The position numbers and the translations under genes were made by a program. 24,621 nucleotides of DNA. Origin: a bacterium. Lineage in GTDB: Bacteria; Zhuqueibacterota; QNDG01; DSAB01. The DNA is taken from contig JAFGDT010000049.1 of assembly GCA_016931965.1 (NCBI GenBank), positions 1 to 24,621 on the forward strand, written 5' to 3'. The notes under the pieces are model-generated. The model was not told where the DNA came from, searched no databases, and saw only the letters and a program-made list of their open reading frames with translations. This document shows, piece by piece, positions 24,490 to 24,621 of this stretch (positions are counted from its first letter, which is position 1; each line of letters starts with the position of its first letter).

Positions 24490-24621
24490 TTAAATCACAT
24501 ATTTCCCTGAACTGTGATTTTTCGCTTCTTTCAGATAATGCTTCCATGTATGGGCGATCGATTTTCTGAGTGCACCGTCCACGGGACGGATCACTTTGGC
24601 GGGGGTTCCAAGTACGAGTGA
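24490..24621 (-). CDS. 3' end (C-terminal 43 aa) of a left-handed beta-helix / hexapeptide-repeat protein (gamma-carbonic-anhydrase or acyltransferase-like). The gene continues beyond the window edge.
   Basis: - strand translation ...SLVLGTPAKVIRPVDGALRKSIAHTWKHYLKEAKNHSSGKYVI*. The GxPAKVIR tail is typical of LbH-family C-termini. Open to the window edge. Confidence 0.4.
   Translation of the reverse strand, partial: SLVLGTPAKVIRPVDGALRKSIAHTWKHYLKEAKNHSSGKYVI

Noticed and set aside
1-24621. CRISPR arrays, rRNA, IS/transposase, integrase, toxin-antitoxin or defence-system genes
   Set aside because: No repeat-spacer periodicity, no rRNA-like conserved blocks, and no transposase, recombinase or nuclease signatures were seen in any of the six frames.

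Overview
About 24.6 kb at roughly 40-45% GC (by eye), dominated by a nitrogen-assimilation supercluster on the + strand. A porin-like beta-barrel gene, amt, glnK (P-II) and glnA form a probable sigma-54-driven operon. A flotillin gene and an 871-aa PPDK_N (ATP-grasp) protein with an unusual N-terminus follow. Then come a tRNA-Asn(GTT), a second glnA paralogue and gltB-gltD (glutamate synthase large and small subunits, start/stop overlap TGATG). Downstream, all on the - strand, are an SGNH/GDSL hydrolase, a bacterial-PH-domain membrane protein, a lipoprotein of unknown function, a GH26 mannanase-like lipoprotein and a large secreted LamG + plant-type-LRR + Ig protein carrying a T9SS C-terminal sorting domain. 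A partial hexapeptide-repeat gene ends the window. Most genes have Shine-Dalgarno-like sites. Together with the T9SS sorting domain this suggests an FCB-group organism outside classical Bacteroidetes, but that is inference only. Items not explained by the gene list: (i) a ~215-nt GC-enriched, multiply self-complementary element (4621-4838) in an otherwise AT-rich spacer, a candidate structured ncRNA; (ii) a ~90-nt degenerate copy of the gltD 3' end lying 1.8 kb downstream of intact gltD, which with the real gltD end brackets a lower-GC SGNH-hydrolase cassette; (iii) three sigma-54 -24/-12-like promoters (upstream of the porin-amt operon, of tRNA-Asn/glnA2 and of gltB), the first with two tandem palindromes about 150-180 bp upstream that share an ACTTTCAGT core, possibly enhancer sites; (iv) a P-II protein whose T-loop lacks the uridylylated Tyr51 and the R38/Q39 pair; (v) the flotillin + pseudo-RecA/PPDK_N gene pair inserted between the two glnA paralogues. 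No CRISPR array, rRNA, transposase or integrase was seen.
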